A stretch of 64,000 bases of DNA from a virus (Duplodnaviria > Caudoviricetes): the IMG/VR virus record IMGVR_UViG_3300025707_000484, one strand, 5' to 3'. A model generated the notes under the pieces. The model saw nothing but the letters and a program-made list of their open reading frames with translations, was not told where the DNA came from and did no database searches. Below, in pieces: positions 27,773-37,119 of this stretch (positions within the stretch are counted from its first letter, which is position 1; every line of letters starts with the position of its first letter). The position numbers and the translations under genes were made by a program.

Positions 27773-29830
27773 TTAACTACGAAGTTGCCTGGCTCTGCTT
27801 ACACGATCCAATGATTCATTTGATCGGCGATTTTTACGTTGTTGTTTCTTCAATGCCATCATTCTATCTTCTAATTCTTTATATCGTTCACGTGTAATAC
27901 CAGGTGTTTTCATTTCATCTTGTACTCTGTTTAATTCAGAATTGAGTTGAGCAGAAGTTAAATCGCCTACCGGAACATGAGAATAATCAATATCTGGACC
28001 CTTGCCTCCAAATGGCTCTAATGGGTTATCCGTTGCTTCGGGCCCAGTTCTAGGGCGATACCATCCATATACATCATCCATTTTTTCCATATACTCTCGT
28101 TGCTGTCGATCAAGAATTCGTATTATTCTCTTAAGATTTCTTGATTGTCGTATACGTTCTTCTCGTTTATTGGGATCACCAATTCGAGCAAGATTATCAA
28201 GTTCTTGAACTTCGTCTATCAATCTGTTTAATTCTGTTCCTAAACCATGATCTTGTGGATTCCTTCCTAACGCATATCCTGAACCATCTTTACTCCAATA
28301 AGCATAACTACCTTGTAAAACACCTTCAACTTCCCCTGGTTCTACTTCATCGCCAGTATCAGCTCTGGCCGCTACTGATGCAAAAAGTCCACCTAAGCCT
28401 AAAGTTGCAGCTGTGGCTTTAATGGTGGCCGCACTTAATCCAACACTTAATCCGCCTGCAACCATTGGGAACCATGCTGGAGCTGTTATAATTCCTGCCA
28501 AAATTGCTCCCATTAAAGCAATTGTTCCGGCGTTATTTCCAAGAGTTTCTATCGCTTTCACCCACGCTGTATCATCACCTTGCTGTAAACGATAACCTAA
28601 CTCAGTAAGAGTTCCAGTTTGTACATTTACTATTCCGGCTGTTGTCATAGTGGAATTTAATGCGGCTAATTGCTCACGGGCCCGAGCTGCAATAACTTGA
28701 TTATCATGTTCTGTTGCTTTGTTTGTAATAGGCTTACCAGGTTTAACAACAAATCCACCATTAATAATATCTTGGCCGTTTTTGTCTGCGTCGGCTGTTG
28801 TTTTAGTTATATAGTCTTGCTTACCTGTATCCGTGGCGCCTGCTTCTGCGCCTGTTGCTTTTGGTGGTTCTTCGTAATCAAACTTCCAATTACCGTCTTT
28901 GTCATAGCCACCAGGTGGTACATATTCACCATCAGCGCGTAAGGCGGGGCCGTCGGCATCAGAATGCCATTTACCATCTGGACCAATACCACCAGGCGGA
29001 ACAAATTCTTCACCTGAACCACCTGGGCGAGTCTCAACCCAAGCATCTAATGCGGCTTGAATATCTGCTCGAGTTAAACCGCCTGTGTCCATTTGATCAA
29101 GTATTTTTTGTGCCGCTGGTCGTAAATTAGTTGGTATACCATAATCTTCAACCTTTTGACTTATACCTGTTTGTGGTATTGCTTCAGCAGCTGATCCAAG
29201 ATCTATATTAAGTGGACCTACTGGATCTTCAGTTTCTGATGGAGTTACCAGTGCTTGTGTAACTGGTGCGGTGTAGTCAACTACTGGATCTTCAGTTTCT
29301 GATGGAGTTACCAGTGCTTGTGTAACTGGTGCGGTGTAGTCAACTACTGGATCTTCAGTTTCTGATGGAGTTACCAGTGCTTGTGTAACTGGTGCGGTGT
29401 AGTCAACTACTGGATCTTCAGTTTCTGATGGAGTTACCAGTGCTTGTGTAACTGGTGCGGTGTAGTCAACTACTGGATCTTCATTTGGTACTACTGCACC
29501 CGGAACTCCTACGGGTGGTGCCGCATAACCAGGTGTACCTGCCGCTGTTGCTACGCCTGAACCTTGCCCTGCTCCCTGACTGGCTGGAACATCAATCTTT
29601 ATCTTATTTGGACTTGTATGTGGGTCTAAATTGTTGGTGCTTGGGACTGGGGCGGCTGTCACAGCTGTGACATTACCACTAGAACTACTACCATCAGGCT
29701 CAACACCACGAAATAAATTACCTGAGCGGCCGCCAATGATACCTACATCTTGTCCAACTCTAGTATCAGTGCCAGATCTATAACTTCCTCCTCGATAAGT
29801 GCCGTCGTCGACAATTTCACTGAGGCGCAC
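27773..29830 (-). CDS. large low-complexity protein with tandem repeats and a hydrophobic hairpin (putative internal/ejected protein)
   Basis: 685 aa, begins MRLSEIV; 21-aa repeats; hydrophobic stretch TIALMGAILAG...LFASV. Confidence 0.75.
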   Translation of the reverse strand: MRLSEIVDDGTYRGGSYRSGTDTRVGQDVGIIGGRSGNLFRGVEPDGSSSSGNVTAVTAAPVPSTNNLDPHTSPNKIKIDVPASQGAGQGSGVATAAGTPGYAAPPVGVPGAVVPNEDPVVDYTAPVTQALVTPSETEDPVVDYTAPVTQALVTPSETEDPVVDYTAPVTQALVTPSETEDPVVDYTAPVTQALVTPSETEDPVGPLNIDLGSAAEAIPQTGISQKVEDYGIPTNLRPAAQKILDQMDTGGLTRADIQAALDAWVETRPGGSGEEFVPPGGIGPDGKWHSDADGPALRADGEYVPPGGYDKDGNWKFDYEEPPKATGAEAGATDTGKQDYITKTTADADKNGQDIINGGFVVKPGKPITNKATEHDNQVIAARAREQLAALNSTMTTAGIVNVQTGTLTELGYRLQQGDDTAWVKAIETLGNNAGTIALMGAILAGIITAPAWFPMVAGGLSVGLSAATIKATAATLGLGGLFASVAARADTGDEVEPGEVEGVLQGSYAYWSKDGSGYALGRNPQDHGLGTELNRLIDEVQELDNLARIGDPNKREERIRQSRNLKRIIRILDRQQREYMEKMDDVYGWYRPRTGPEATDNPLEPFGGKGPDIDYSHVPVGDLTSAQLNSELNRVQDEMKTPGITRERYKELEDRMMALKKQQRKNRRSNESLDRVSRARQLRS
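29218..29483. repeat. perfect 63-bp tandem repeat, about 4.2 copies, in frame
   Basis: Units start at 29218, 29281, 29344 and 29407; each encodes EDPVVDYTAPVTQALVTPSET. Confidence 0.95.
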
Positions 29831-31205
29831 GTAAACTTTCTTCCAATTTGTTTACAATGCTGTCTGCCCACTCGTCAACTAGTTGTGCTTCGTCAACAAA
29901 CTCATTGTCTTCAACTTGGAAGTGTCGTACACGCTCTGCATACTCTGCATCTTCAGCAATGCGTCCTAAATCACTTACATATTTTTTAGCCAATTGAACT
30001 GCTAACGCACTTTCTTCTGACTCTGTAAGTTCTTTGTTAAGGTGTGCTTGTGCAAACTCTTTAATGATATTATTATCTACAATACGTGTATTAATATCTT
30101 CCAACGCCGCTTGTACTAAACCTCTTACATCTGAATGTTGTACTGACCGTGCTAACATATCACTATCAGGTGAACTTTCTAACATTAGATCACCACTATC
30201 AATAAACTCTCTAATTTGGTTTAGTGTATTTGCTTTATTTTCCATAGCAGTTTTGTAAATGCTGTTGATAAGTGGTAGGGATTCAAAAACATTATCATCA
30301 TGCTTCTTTACAGTAAATTGGTCTTTCATTGCGTCTAAGTCGTCTTCAGATAATGTTACTTCTATTGGCTCAAAGCCTTCAGCAAAGTTACTATAACCAC
30401 GACGTGAGGTCATTCTAGTTAAGTCTTGCCTAACATTGTTATACGCATCGCGTACACTTTCTACAATATCAACAGTATCCTCATTAACCAATTTATTTCG
30501 TTTACTGTAATTAATAAAATTCTTTAACTGTCCCATTTGGCCCACTGTGTTAGTAATATGTGCGCCAATATCATCATGTAGTTGCCCGCCTTCACTAACG
30601 TGCCTTGCGGCTGCTCTTGCGCCTAGTAAGTTTTTAAATGGTAAAAGCATACGTTCGCCGTCAGTATTTTCAATAAAAATTTTACTAATGTGTCTACTGC
30701 GTGAACCTCTAACGTCCTCATCTACAGGGCGTTTATGCCTTACAATAATTTTTGCTGTTTCGCCTAAATCTTGGTAACTGCTTTTAATGCTACCGTACAT
30801 TTTGCCTTCATTCATATCAGAATCCCTAAATTCTTGTTGTTGTGTACGTAAAAACTCAAAGTCTTTACGCTCTAGATTAGATTTTGTAATATCTCTTACG
30901 TCAAATGTCATTAATCGTCTTTTTGCAAACTGACGCATTTCACGTAAAAAACTAAACCATTGCTGTTTATTTTCACCCAAACTTTCTGTTAATTCTTTAC
31001 TGTAATATACTTTAAATTGGTCATCAACTAAACTAATAGTTACAGAACCAACATCTGCACCATTAGATTCAAATACAAAATCAAAAAAGCGAGCCTCTTC
31101 TGGTTCTAGTATTTTATTCGCACTAGCATCTCCAATTTGCAATGTTGGATATACTGATCTTAATTTATTAAATAAATCTTCTGCAATGCGTTCTATTTCT
31201 TTCAT
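29817..31205 (-). CDS. hypothetical protein, possible prohead core component
   Basis: 462 aa; TATAAATA at 31215-31222; many hydrophobic-x-E sites. Confidence 0.7.
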   Translation of the reverse strand: MKEIERIAEDLFNKLRSVYPTLQIGDASANKILEPEEARFFDFVFESNGADVGSVTISLVDDQFKVYYSKELTESLGENKQQWFSFLREMRQFAKRRLMTFDVRDITKSNLERKDFEFLRTQQQEFRDSDMNEGKMYGSIKSSYQDLGETAKIIVRHKRPVDEDVRGSRSRHISKIFIENTDGERMLLPFKNLLGARAAARHVSEGGQLHDDIGAHITNTVGQMGQLKNFINYSKRNKLVNEDTVDIVESVRDAYNNVRQDLTRMTSRRGYSNFAEGFEPIEVTLSEDDLDAMKDQFTVKKHDDNVFESLPLINSIYKTAMENKANTLNQIREFIDSGDLMLESSPDSDMLARSVQHSDVRGLVQAALEDINTRIVDNNIIKEFAQAHLNKELTESEESALAVQLAKKYVSDLGRIAEDAEYAERVRHFQVEDNEFVDEAQLVDEWADSIVNKLEESLRAPQ

Positions 31206-31222
31206 AACGTATAGTATTTATA

Positions 31223-32806
31223 TTAAACTATTATAAAAGGCATTGGCATATCATGCTCTTGATCCATGCCATCTTTAAGTCTGTCAAATAACCCAGTATC
31301 CCATTGCCTTACTTCGTAGCTCATCCTTATAACCAATAATGTTGCGGCAACTAAATCATCTGTTTCACCATCTTTAGCGGCATAACTTTGGCCGCGAGCA
31401 ATATATGTCTTTAGTTCCGATATTAAATTCTTACTTCTTAACGTTATTTTATCTGTTTCTACAAGGTTTTTTAACCTACTACATGCTAATAATTTGTTTT
31501 TATGTGTGGTGTTAAACCCCTTCCTATAACGTTTCGTGTTGCCATGCTTGCGTGTTTCTGTTAAAAATACTCCACCAAATTGTTGTTCACCGAGATCATC
31601 AATAACTACAAGAGCCGCTTCACCTAATGTATTATTTTCTACACTATACCAAACAGCTGGCTGTGATTCATCTCTATGATCTATCTCATTTGTAATATAA
31701 TTAGTAATATCCCGCAGTATTCTCACTTGTCCTTGTACTGGTGTTTTATTATGCATCCATTCTGCAACTTGTTTCATAGTTGGTATTTCAAATACCTGGA
31801 TAGCGGCATTATCTCCACCTGTACCTAAACTTGGATCAAGTGACACCAAATAATTATGTCCTTTTTTAGGTTTATCAAACCACCTAACTTGTCCGTGTTT
31901 CTCTAAAACATCCGTTGGGCGCAACGCTGATAATGTCCTCGAATCTATCAATGTTTCATCATTAATAATAAATTCGCAATCATGTTCCCTAGCAAAACGT
32001 TCTGCACCAATGCGTCCCATTTCTTCTGCTTTCCATTTAGCATCACGCTCTGGGTGTTCATTCCAGTATGATCTAAACGCAAAAAATCCATTGCGTCCTA
32101 TATTGGTTTCATTACCGTCTTCATCTATAGTTTTATTTGCTTGACGCCAAATCATAGCAAACTGATCTTCATCACTATTGGGCGTTGATGTTATAACTGC
32201 TTTACCACCTGTTGCCAATGTAGGTGAAATACTTGTCCAAAACTCTCTCGCAATGCTAGGTTTTACAAACGCAAACTCGTCCAAGTATAGCATACTAAGT
32301 GCCATACCACGTCCAGTGTTTTCAGTAGTTGTTGTACTAATTATTCTACTACCATTATCAAAGTCTATGCTACCTTTGTTATAACTATATACACCTGGGC
32401 GTATATGGTCTGGCACGTCTTCATACGAATACCGTATACGTTGCATAATTTCTTGGGAACCTGCATATTTGTGTGCGGCGATTAATATTGCACTATCGGG
32501 TATAAACATTGCGTACCACAATATATAACCTGCGGCAGTTGTGGTTTTGCCTGTTTGCCGAGGCATTAAATTTATACTAAATCTGTGAGTATGATAACTA
32601 TCAAGTAATCTTGTTTGATACCCATACGCTTTATATGGAATACGGCCGCGACGTGGATGTTGGATCCAAAAGAAATTGTTTATAAAATAGTCAGGACCAG
32701 TGTCACGATCTGCACATCTTGCCAACTCTAGCAGTTGTTCGTCAGTATATGATTCTCGAGTGTGTGCTCGTTTAACTAAATTGCCGTCAAGAGATTTATT
32801 GGCCAT
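31223..32806 (-). CDS. gp17: terminase large subunit
   Basis: PRQTGKT, LYLDEFAF, ITSTPN, nuclease SLDPS and DDLV. Confidence 0.95.
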   Translation of the reverse strand: MANKSLDGNLVKRAHTRESYTDEQLLELARCADRDTGPDYFINNFFWIQHPRRGRIPYKAYGYQTRLLDSYHTHRFSINLMPRQTGKTTTAAGYILWYAMFIPDSAILIAAHKYAGSQEIMQRIRYSYEDVPDHIRPGVYSYNKGSIDFDNGSRIISTTTTENTGRGMALSMLYLDEFAFVKPSIAREFWTSISPTLATGGKAVITSTPNSDEDQFAMIWRQANKTIDEDGNETNIGRNGFFAFRSYWNEHPERDAKWKAEEMGRIGAERFAREHDCEFIINDETLIDSRTLSALRPTDVLEKHGQVRWFDKPKKGHNYLVSLDPSLGTGGDNAAIQVFEIPTMKQVAEWMHNKTPVQGQVRILRDITNYITNEIDHRDESQPAVWYSVENNTLGEAALVVIDDLGEQQFGGVFLTETRKHGNTKRYRKGFNTTHKNKLLACSRLKNLVETDKITLRSKNLISELKTYIARGQSYAAKDGETDDLVAATLLVIRMSYEVRQWDTGLFDRLKDGMDQEHDMPMPFIIV

Positions 32807-32833
32807 ACCACTATTTAACAGAGATCGGGGTTA

Positions 32834-32986
32834 CTACTTCTTTTTCTTAGCGTTATTAGTTGCTACAGCATATAACATATTTTCATCATCAATATGTGGC
32901 TTTAATTTTTTAACCCATGCTTCCTTTGAACGTTTTTCTCCACCCGTTAGTTTACGTTCATTAGTAAGTAACTCTGCTAAGAGCAT
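32834..32986 (-). CDS. 50-aa protein absent from the ORF track
   Basis: MLLAELLTNERKLTGGEKRSKEAWVKKLKPHIDDENMLYAVATNNAKKKK; fills the gap exactly, starting 1 nt after the upstream stop. Confidence 0.7.
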   Translation of the reverse strand: MLLAELLTNERKLTGGEKRSKEAWVKKLKPHIDDENMLYAVATNNAKKKK

Positions 32987-32987
32987 G

Positions 32988-33647
32988 TTAAATGCCTGCT
33001 AGTTTCTTTAAATCTAATGTATCTTCTGGAACATGTTTCTTGTTTTTACAGGCCTTGCCGGCGGCTTCATCAACAGTTTCTTCTTCTGTTTCTTCAGTAG
33101 TTTCTTCTTTCTTACCGTTTTTAGCATCAAGCATTTTTTGAAAGGCTGCTTTTTGTGCTTCGCTTTGTTCTGTTATTTTCCAAGGACTTGCTAGTTCTGT
33201 TTCAGAATGTGATTCCATGTCTTCTGCTAAAAAGTCTTCCCATTTTTCTCGAAGTTTACTTTCTGCAGCTTCTAAAGCCATTGGATTATCACCACCATTC
33301 ACTTTTGGATAGGTTTTCTTTACTTTATGTAAGTCATTGCCTTCTGAACTATCTGGAGCAAGTGTCACTTCATCTGGCTCATTATCCCAACTATCGCCTT
33401 CTATAACATGCTCATCATCTTCATGCATACCGCCACATACGTCACACGAGCCGTGCTCTTCAGGTGCTGGTGCTTCAAGTGCTGGTGCTTCAGGTGCGCT
33501 AAGAGCAACTGGATGTCCACCTTGCATTCCTGCTAGTTGCAATATATCTGCAAGTTGTGCTGGATTACTTGTGCTAATATTAGTTGAAGCATGGTCGCCA
33601 TTTTCGCCACTTGTTGTAATACTTAAATTATATTTTGTACCTTCCAT
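32988..33647 (-). CDS. acidic, probably disordered protein (scaffold/head candidate)
   Basis: 219 aa; ILQLAGM and terminal LKKLAGI. Confidence 0.7.
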   Translation of the reverse strand: MEGTKYNLSITTSGENGDHASTNISTSNPAQLADILQLAGMQGGHPVALSAPEAPALEAPAPEEHGSCDVCGGMHEDDEHVIEGDSWDNEPDEVTLAPDSSEGNDLHKVKKTYPKVNGGDNPMALEAAESKLREKWEDFLAEDMESHSETELASPWKITEQSEAQKAAFQKMLDAKNGKKEETTEETEEETVDEAAGKACKNKKHVPEDTLDLKKLAGI

Positions 33648-33648
33648 T

Positions 33649-34263
33649 TTAGTTACTTCCTACTGGTGATTTTGTACCTTGTGGAGCTTTGAGAAGTTCA
33701 TCTGGATCATGCTCAATTTCACTACTTGGATCTTTTTCAAAATTAATCATATCAAACAATCTGCCCTTGCGCTTTTTATCTTCTGCGTCTAGCATTGCGT
33801 CAGTATGTTCTTGTCCTGCTACAACTTCATTATCGCTATCTTCATAATCACTATCTAATAGAGATTCTGGCTTTGCGTCTGGATCCTTATCATCTGCCGC
33901 TTTCTGGTCCTTGTCATTTTGAACTTCTTCAGGATGGTTTGGACTACGTACTACAATGTGACTTTGTGGGACACCTAATTTACTGTGTAAGTAAGAGGTT
34001 AGTGTGTCTGGAGTTGTAGGATATTCTAATACAATATCTACAATGTGTATCTCGCCGGCTGGCAAGTTACCAAAATCCATTGGATGCTTTTGCATGATTG
34101 TTTTGGTTGCTTTAGATACGCTTTTTACACCATATCTTTGTAGGCAACTTTCTAGAGTATCTAAGTGTTCATCTGTAAGATCTACAGCAAACTTTAACCT
34201 AAAAGGATACTCTGTCTTTGCTTCTGTTATATATGTTTTCAAACTTTTCATAATATTGCTCAT
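33649..34263 (-). CDS. hypothetical head-associated protein
   Basis: MKSLKTYITE resembles the T4 capsid-targeting sequence. Confidence 0.7.
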   Translation of the reverse strand: MSNIMKSLKTYITEAKTEYPFRLKFAVDLTDEHLDTLESCLQRYGVKSVSKATKTIMQKHPMDFGNLPAGEIHIVDIVLEYPTTPDTLTSYLHSKLGVPQSHIVVRSPNHPEEVQNDKDQKAADDKDPDAKPESLLDSDYEDSDNEVVAGQEHTDAMLDAEDKKRKGRLFDMINFEKDPSSEIEHDPDELLKAPQGTKSPVGSN

Positions 34264-34276
34264 TAAGGTATAATAC

Positions 34277-35551
34277 TTATTTAGTTGTTTTTAAAAAATT
34301 TAGTTCTGGAAATATATCACTAAACTGTGCTTTTCTTACTTTGTCATGTAAATTAATATCCCAACTTACTTGCTCTAAACTTCTGGTGACGCGCAGGGAA
34401 GTGCTTTCGGTACTGTCGTTTGGAAGCTTAAAGCGGATAGTCTTTGAATTGTCATTATAATCAATCATTGAAGTAATTAAACTGGATATTGTATTAGCAA
34501 GTGGTTGGTTTCGTACTACTAGAACCTCATCTTTCATAAATTTTTCTAATTTCTCTTTAGTTTGTAATTTAAATTCATAAGGTAAAAACTTAAAATCAGC
34601 ATTTGTACCAAACCCAGGTTCAGCAGGCAATATTATATTAAAATGCTTGTCAATCCATCCTTTATCTTGCCAATATAAAAACATCTCAGGCAATCTATGA
34701 AAATTAAATATTGACATAACTGGAGAATAGTGTACATTAATATTAGGATATTGCTTTACATAATCATTAGTTTCTACAATATTGTCCCATTTTTCACCAT
34801 AACGTATCCATTCTGCACGTTCTTCTATTTCATCGATACTTGCTGATAGTTCTACTTCTTTAAATTGAGAAATCAAATCCCAAAAGTTTTTAACAATTCC
34901 ATTATGTTTATATGTCTTATTAGACATATTACTATTCAATAATAATTTAATATTGCTTGCTATACCTATATCTATCATCATTTCAAGCATAGTATAACTT
35001 TCATCCATTATACTGGGCTCGCCACCTGCCAAATATATTTGCTCTAAACTAGAACTATGCTCTAATAAACTACTTAATAACTGTTTTGTGTCACTAATTG
35101 GTGGTAGTGGTTTATAATTTTTAAACTGCTTCTTATTAAAGGCCTCCCATTTACTACTAAAAACAGGCCCACAATAAAAACACATAAGATTACATTTATT
35201 TGAAAATCTTATATCAGTATAAACTAAATTTAAATCTGTTTTTCCATCTATCGTATTATCTAATAAGTTAAAATGATGTTTAAAATTTCTATTTGCCCAA
35301 TTACGAGTACTATGTTCATTTCCTTTTTCCTCTACCTTCCAACATTCCGAGCACATATCAAGTTTTTTATCTTCAAGCATAGAAGTTCTAATATACTGCA
35401 TCCGTTCGCCATTCCATATTTCTTCCAAAGTAGAATCATTCACATTACCAGCCGATTTATAATTAGTTGTCATGCAACACGGATATACATTCCCCGTAGG
35501 CATTACTGCTATAGACACCCACGGCAATATACAAATATTATTTCTTGTCAT
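34277..35551 (-). CDS. radical SAM protein with N-terminal SPASM/twitch domain
   Basis: CILPW..VYPCC..CSEC; CNLMCFYC; AGGEP. Confidence 0.92.
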   Translation of the reverse strand: MTRNNICILPWVSIAVMPTGNVYPCCMTTNYKSAGNVNDSTLEEIWNGERMQYIRTSMLEDKKLDMCSECWKVEEKGNEHSTRNWANRNFKHHFNLLDNTIDGKTDLNLVYTDIRFSNKCNLMCFYCGPVFSSKWEAFNKKQFKNYKPLPPISDTKQLLSSLLEHSSSLEQIYLAGGEPSIMDESYTMLEMMIDIGIASNIKLLLNSNMSNKTYKHNGIVKNFWDLISQFKEVELSASIDEIEERAEWIRYGEKWDNIVETNDYVKQYPNINVHYSPVMSIFNFHRLPEMFLYWQDKGWIDKHFNIILPAEPGFGTNADFKFLPYEFKLQTKEKLEKFMKDEVLVVRNQPLANTISSLITSMIDYNDNSKTIRFKLPNDSTESTSLRVTRSLEQVSWDINLHDKVRKAQFSDIFPELNFLKTTK

Positions 35552-36026
35552 TATTTTGATTTAAAATTTGTTTAATTAATTCATTACGATCTGCTACTAT
35601 GATTGCTTCTCCATCCATTGTCTCACCATATGGATCAAGATCTTTACCTTGCTGATCTACTCGTTGTTTTTTAATTTGTAATTCAACCATACGCAATTTT
35701 TTATCTATTTTAGCAGCTCTAGCATCTATAGCATTTTTCATCATAGTGCCAGCAACTTCAAATATTTTGCCCGCGTACCGTGCCTCTACATTCATACCCA
35801 AGTCCATTAAGTCATTAAACGTATCTACAGATTTAGTAGCAATACTATCCATTTCTTGATCTGTCGCTTCTAAATTACGCACCATTGGCAATGCACTATC
35901 TATTTTATCTACATCAGACAAAACTTTTCTAAGTTTTTTAGCTTCTGTTTTTGCTATATTACTATCTGGTTGCTTTTCTTCAACAGGTGTTTCCAAATCA
36001 AATAATTCTTCTAATTTTTTAGTCAT
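35538..36026 (-). CDS. terminase small subunit (gp16-like)
   Basis: Size, helical coiled coil with IFEVAGTMMK segment, late box, near gp17. Confidence 0.55.
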   Translation of the reverse strand: MTKKLEELFDLETPVEEKQPDSNIAKTEAKKLRKVLSDVDKIDSALPMVRNLEATDQEMDSIATKSVDTFNDLMDLGMNVEARYAGKIFEVAGTMMKNAIDARAAKIDKKLRMVELQIKKQRVDQQGKDLDPYGETMDGEAIIVADRNELIKQILNQNNDKK

Positions 36027-36030
36027 AATA

Positions 36031-37119
36031 CTATTTACAGGATCCGCATATTATACGGCACGTTAATCGATAATCATTATTATTAAACTCTTCTTTAATA
36101 TCTAATGTATCTATATCATATTTTTCTTTGTGCGATAAATCATTGTTCCAGTGACAACATGGCAAGATTTTTCCAGTAACAGATAAAAATAAACTATAAT
36201 TTCCAGTATCATCTCTATCTATATCTACATGCATACAATCTTTTTCTTTAACATAATTATTAAGTGTGAAACTTCCATCAACAGCATCATTCAAAACTTG
36301 CCTATCAGTATATGTATAAGATTGTTGCAACCCACCGCCACCCAGACCGTCTGTACCTAGCCCACTTTGAGGCCAGCCGTTCGCACCACCGCCTTGCCCA
36401 CCAGTACCACCATATCCATCGTTTGAACCACCGCCCCCGCCGCCGCCGCGGCCGCGTTTTCCAGACAATAGTTCACCAGTTTTCCAATGCCTTGCATTTG
36501 GTGTAATAAACGGCCGCATAACGAAAAACTGTTTAAATCCCATATCTTGTGATAACTGTCTTGCTTCATCAACTTGATGTTCATTATGTTTAAATTTTAA
36601 ATACTGCCACTCCGCTACACCACCAGCATTTATAAATGCTCTAGCATTATCTATTATTTTATTAAAATTAGTTCCTTGACGATGTATACTATGCGTATCT
36701 TCTAAACCATCTATACCAAAAACAACTTGATGCGAATTATAAAAATTATTATATAAATTTTCCCCTAATTCTTCCCACCACTTTACTGATCGCAAACTAC
36801 CATTTGTATGTATGTCTATATATTTCTGCTGTCTTGAAGAATGTAATTGAATTTTATTATATTGTTCAACTTTTTTTAGTAATGGTATAAAATGTTTATA
36901 AGCAATTGGATCGCCAAGATTCCCACATAAATGTAAAACTTTTAAATTTGGGAGTTTAATCATTTCCTGCATAACAGTTTTAACTGGTATATCCATTAAA
37001 TCTAGACCAGGACGAAGTCCAAATCCATTATTATTACGTAGACAACCTGGACAAGATGCATTACATCTACTAGTAAGTTCAACATGTAATAAAGTTACTT
37101 TGTTTGCATCAATGTACAT
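36031..37119 (-). CDS. radical SAM/SPASM protein with a Gly-rich insertion
   Basis: CNASCPGC, GNLGDP, HTNGS, C-terminal PCC..C..C; start set at MYIDANK. Confidence 0.88.
   Translation of the reverse strand: MYIDANKVTLLHVELTSRCNASCPGCLRNNNGFGLRPGLDLMDIPVKTVMQEMIKLPNLKVLHLCGNLGDPIAYKHFIPLLKKVEQYNKIQLHSSRQQKYIDIHTNGSLRSVKWWEELGENLYNNFYNSHQVVFGIDGLEDTHSIHRQGTNFNKIIDNARAFINAGGVAEWQYLKFKHNEHQVDEARQLSQDMGFKQFFVMRPFITPNARHWKTGELLSGKRGRGGGGGGGSNDGYGGTGGQGGGANGWPQSGLGTDGLGGGGLQQSYTYTDRQVLNDAVDGSFTLNNYVKEKDCMHVDIDRDDTGNYSLFLSVTGKILPCCHWNNDLSHKEKYDIDTLDIKEEFNNNDYRLTCRIICGSCK

Noticed and set aside
29218-29483. Possible CRISPR array
   Set aside because: Head-to-tail 63-bp repeats with no spacers, in frame within a CDS; no cas genes
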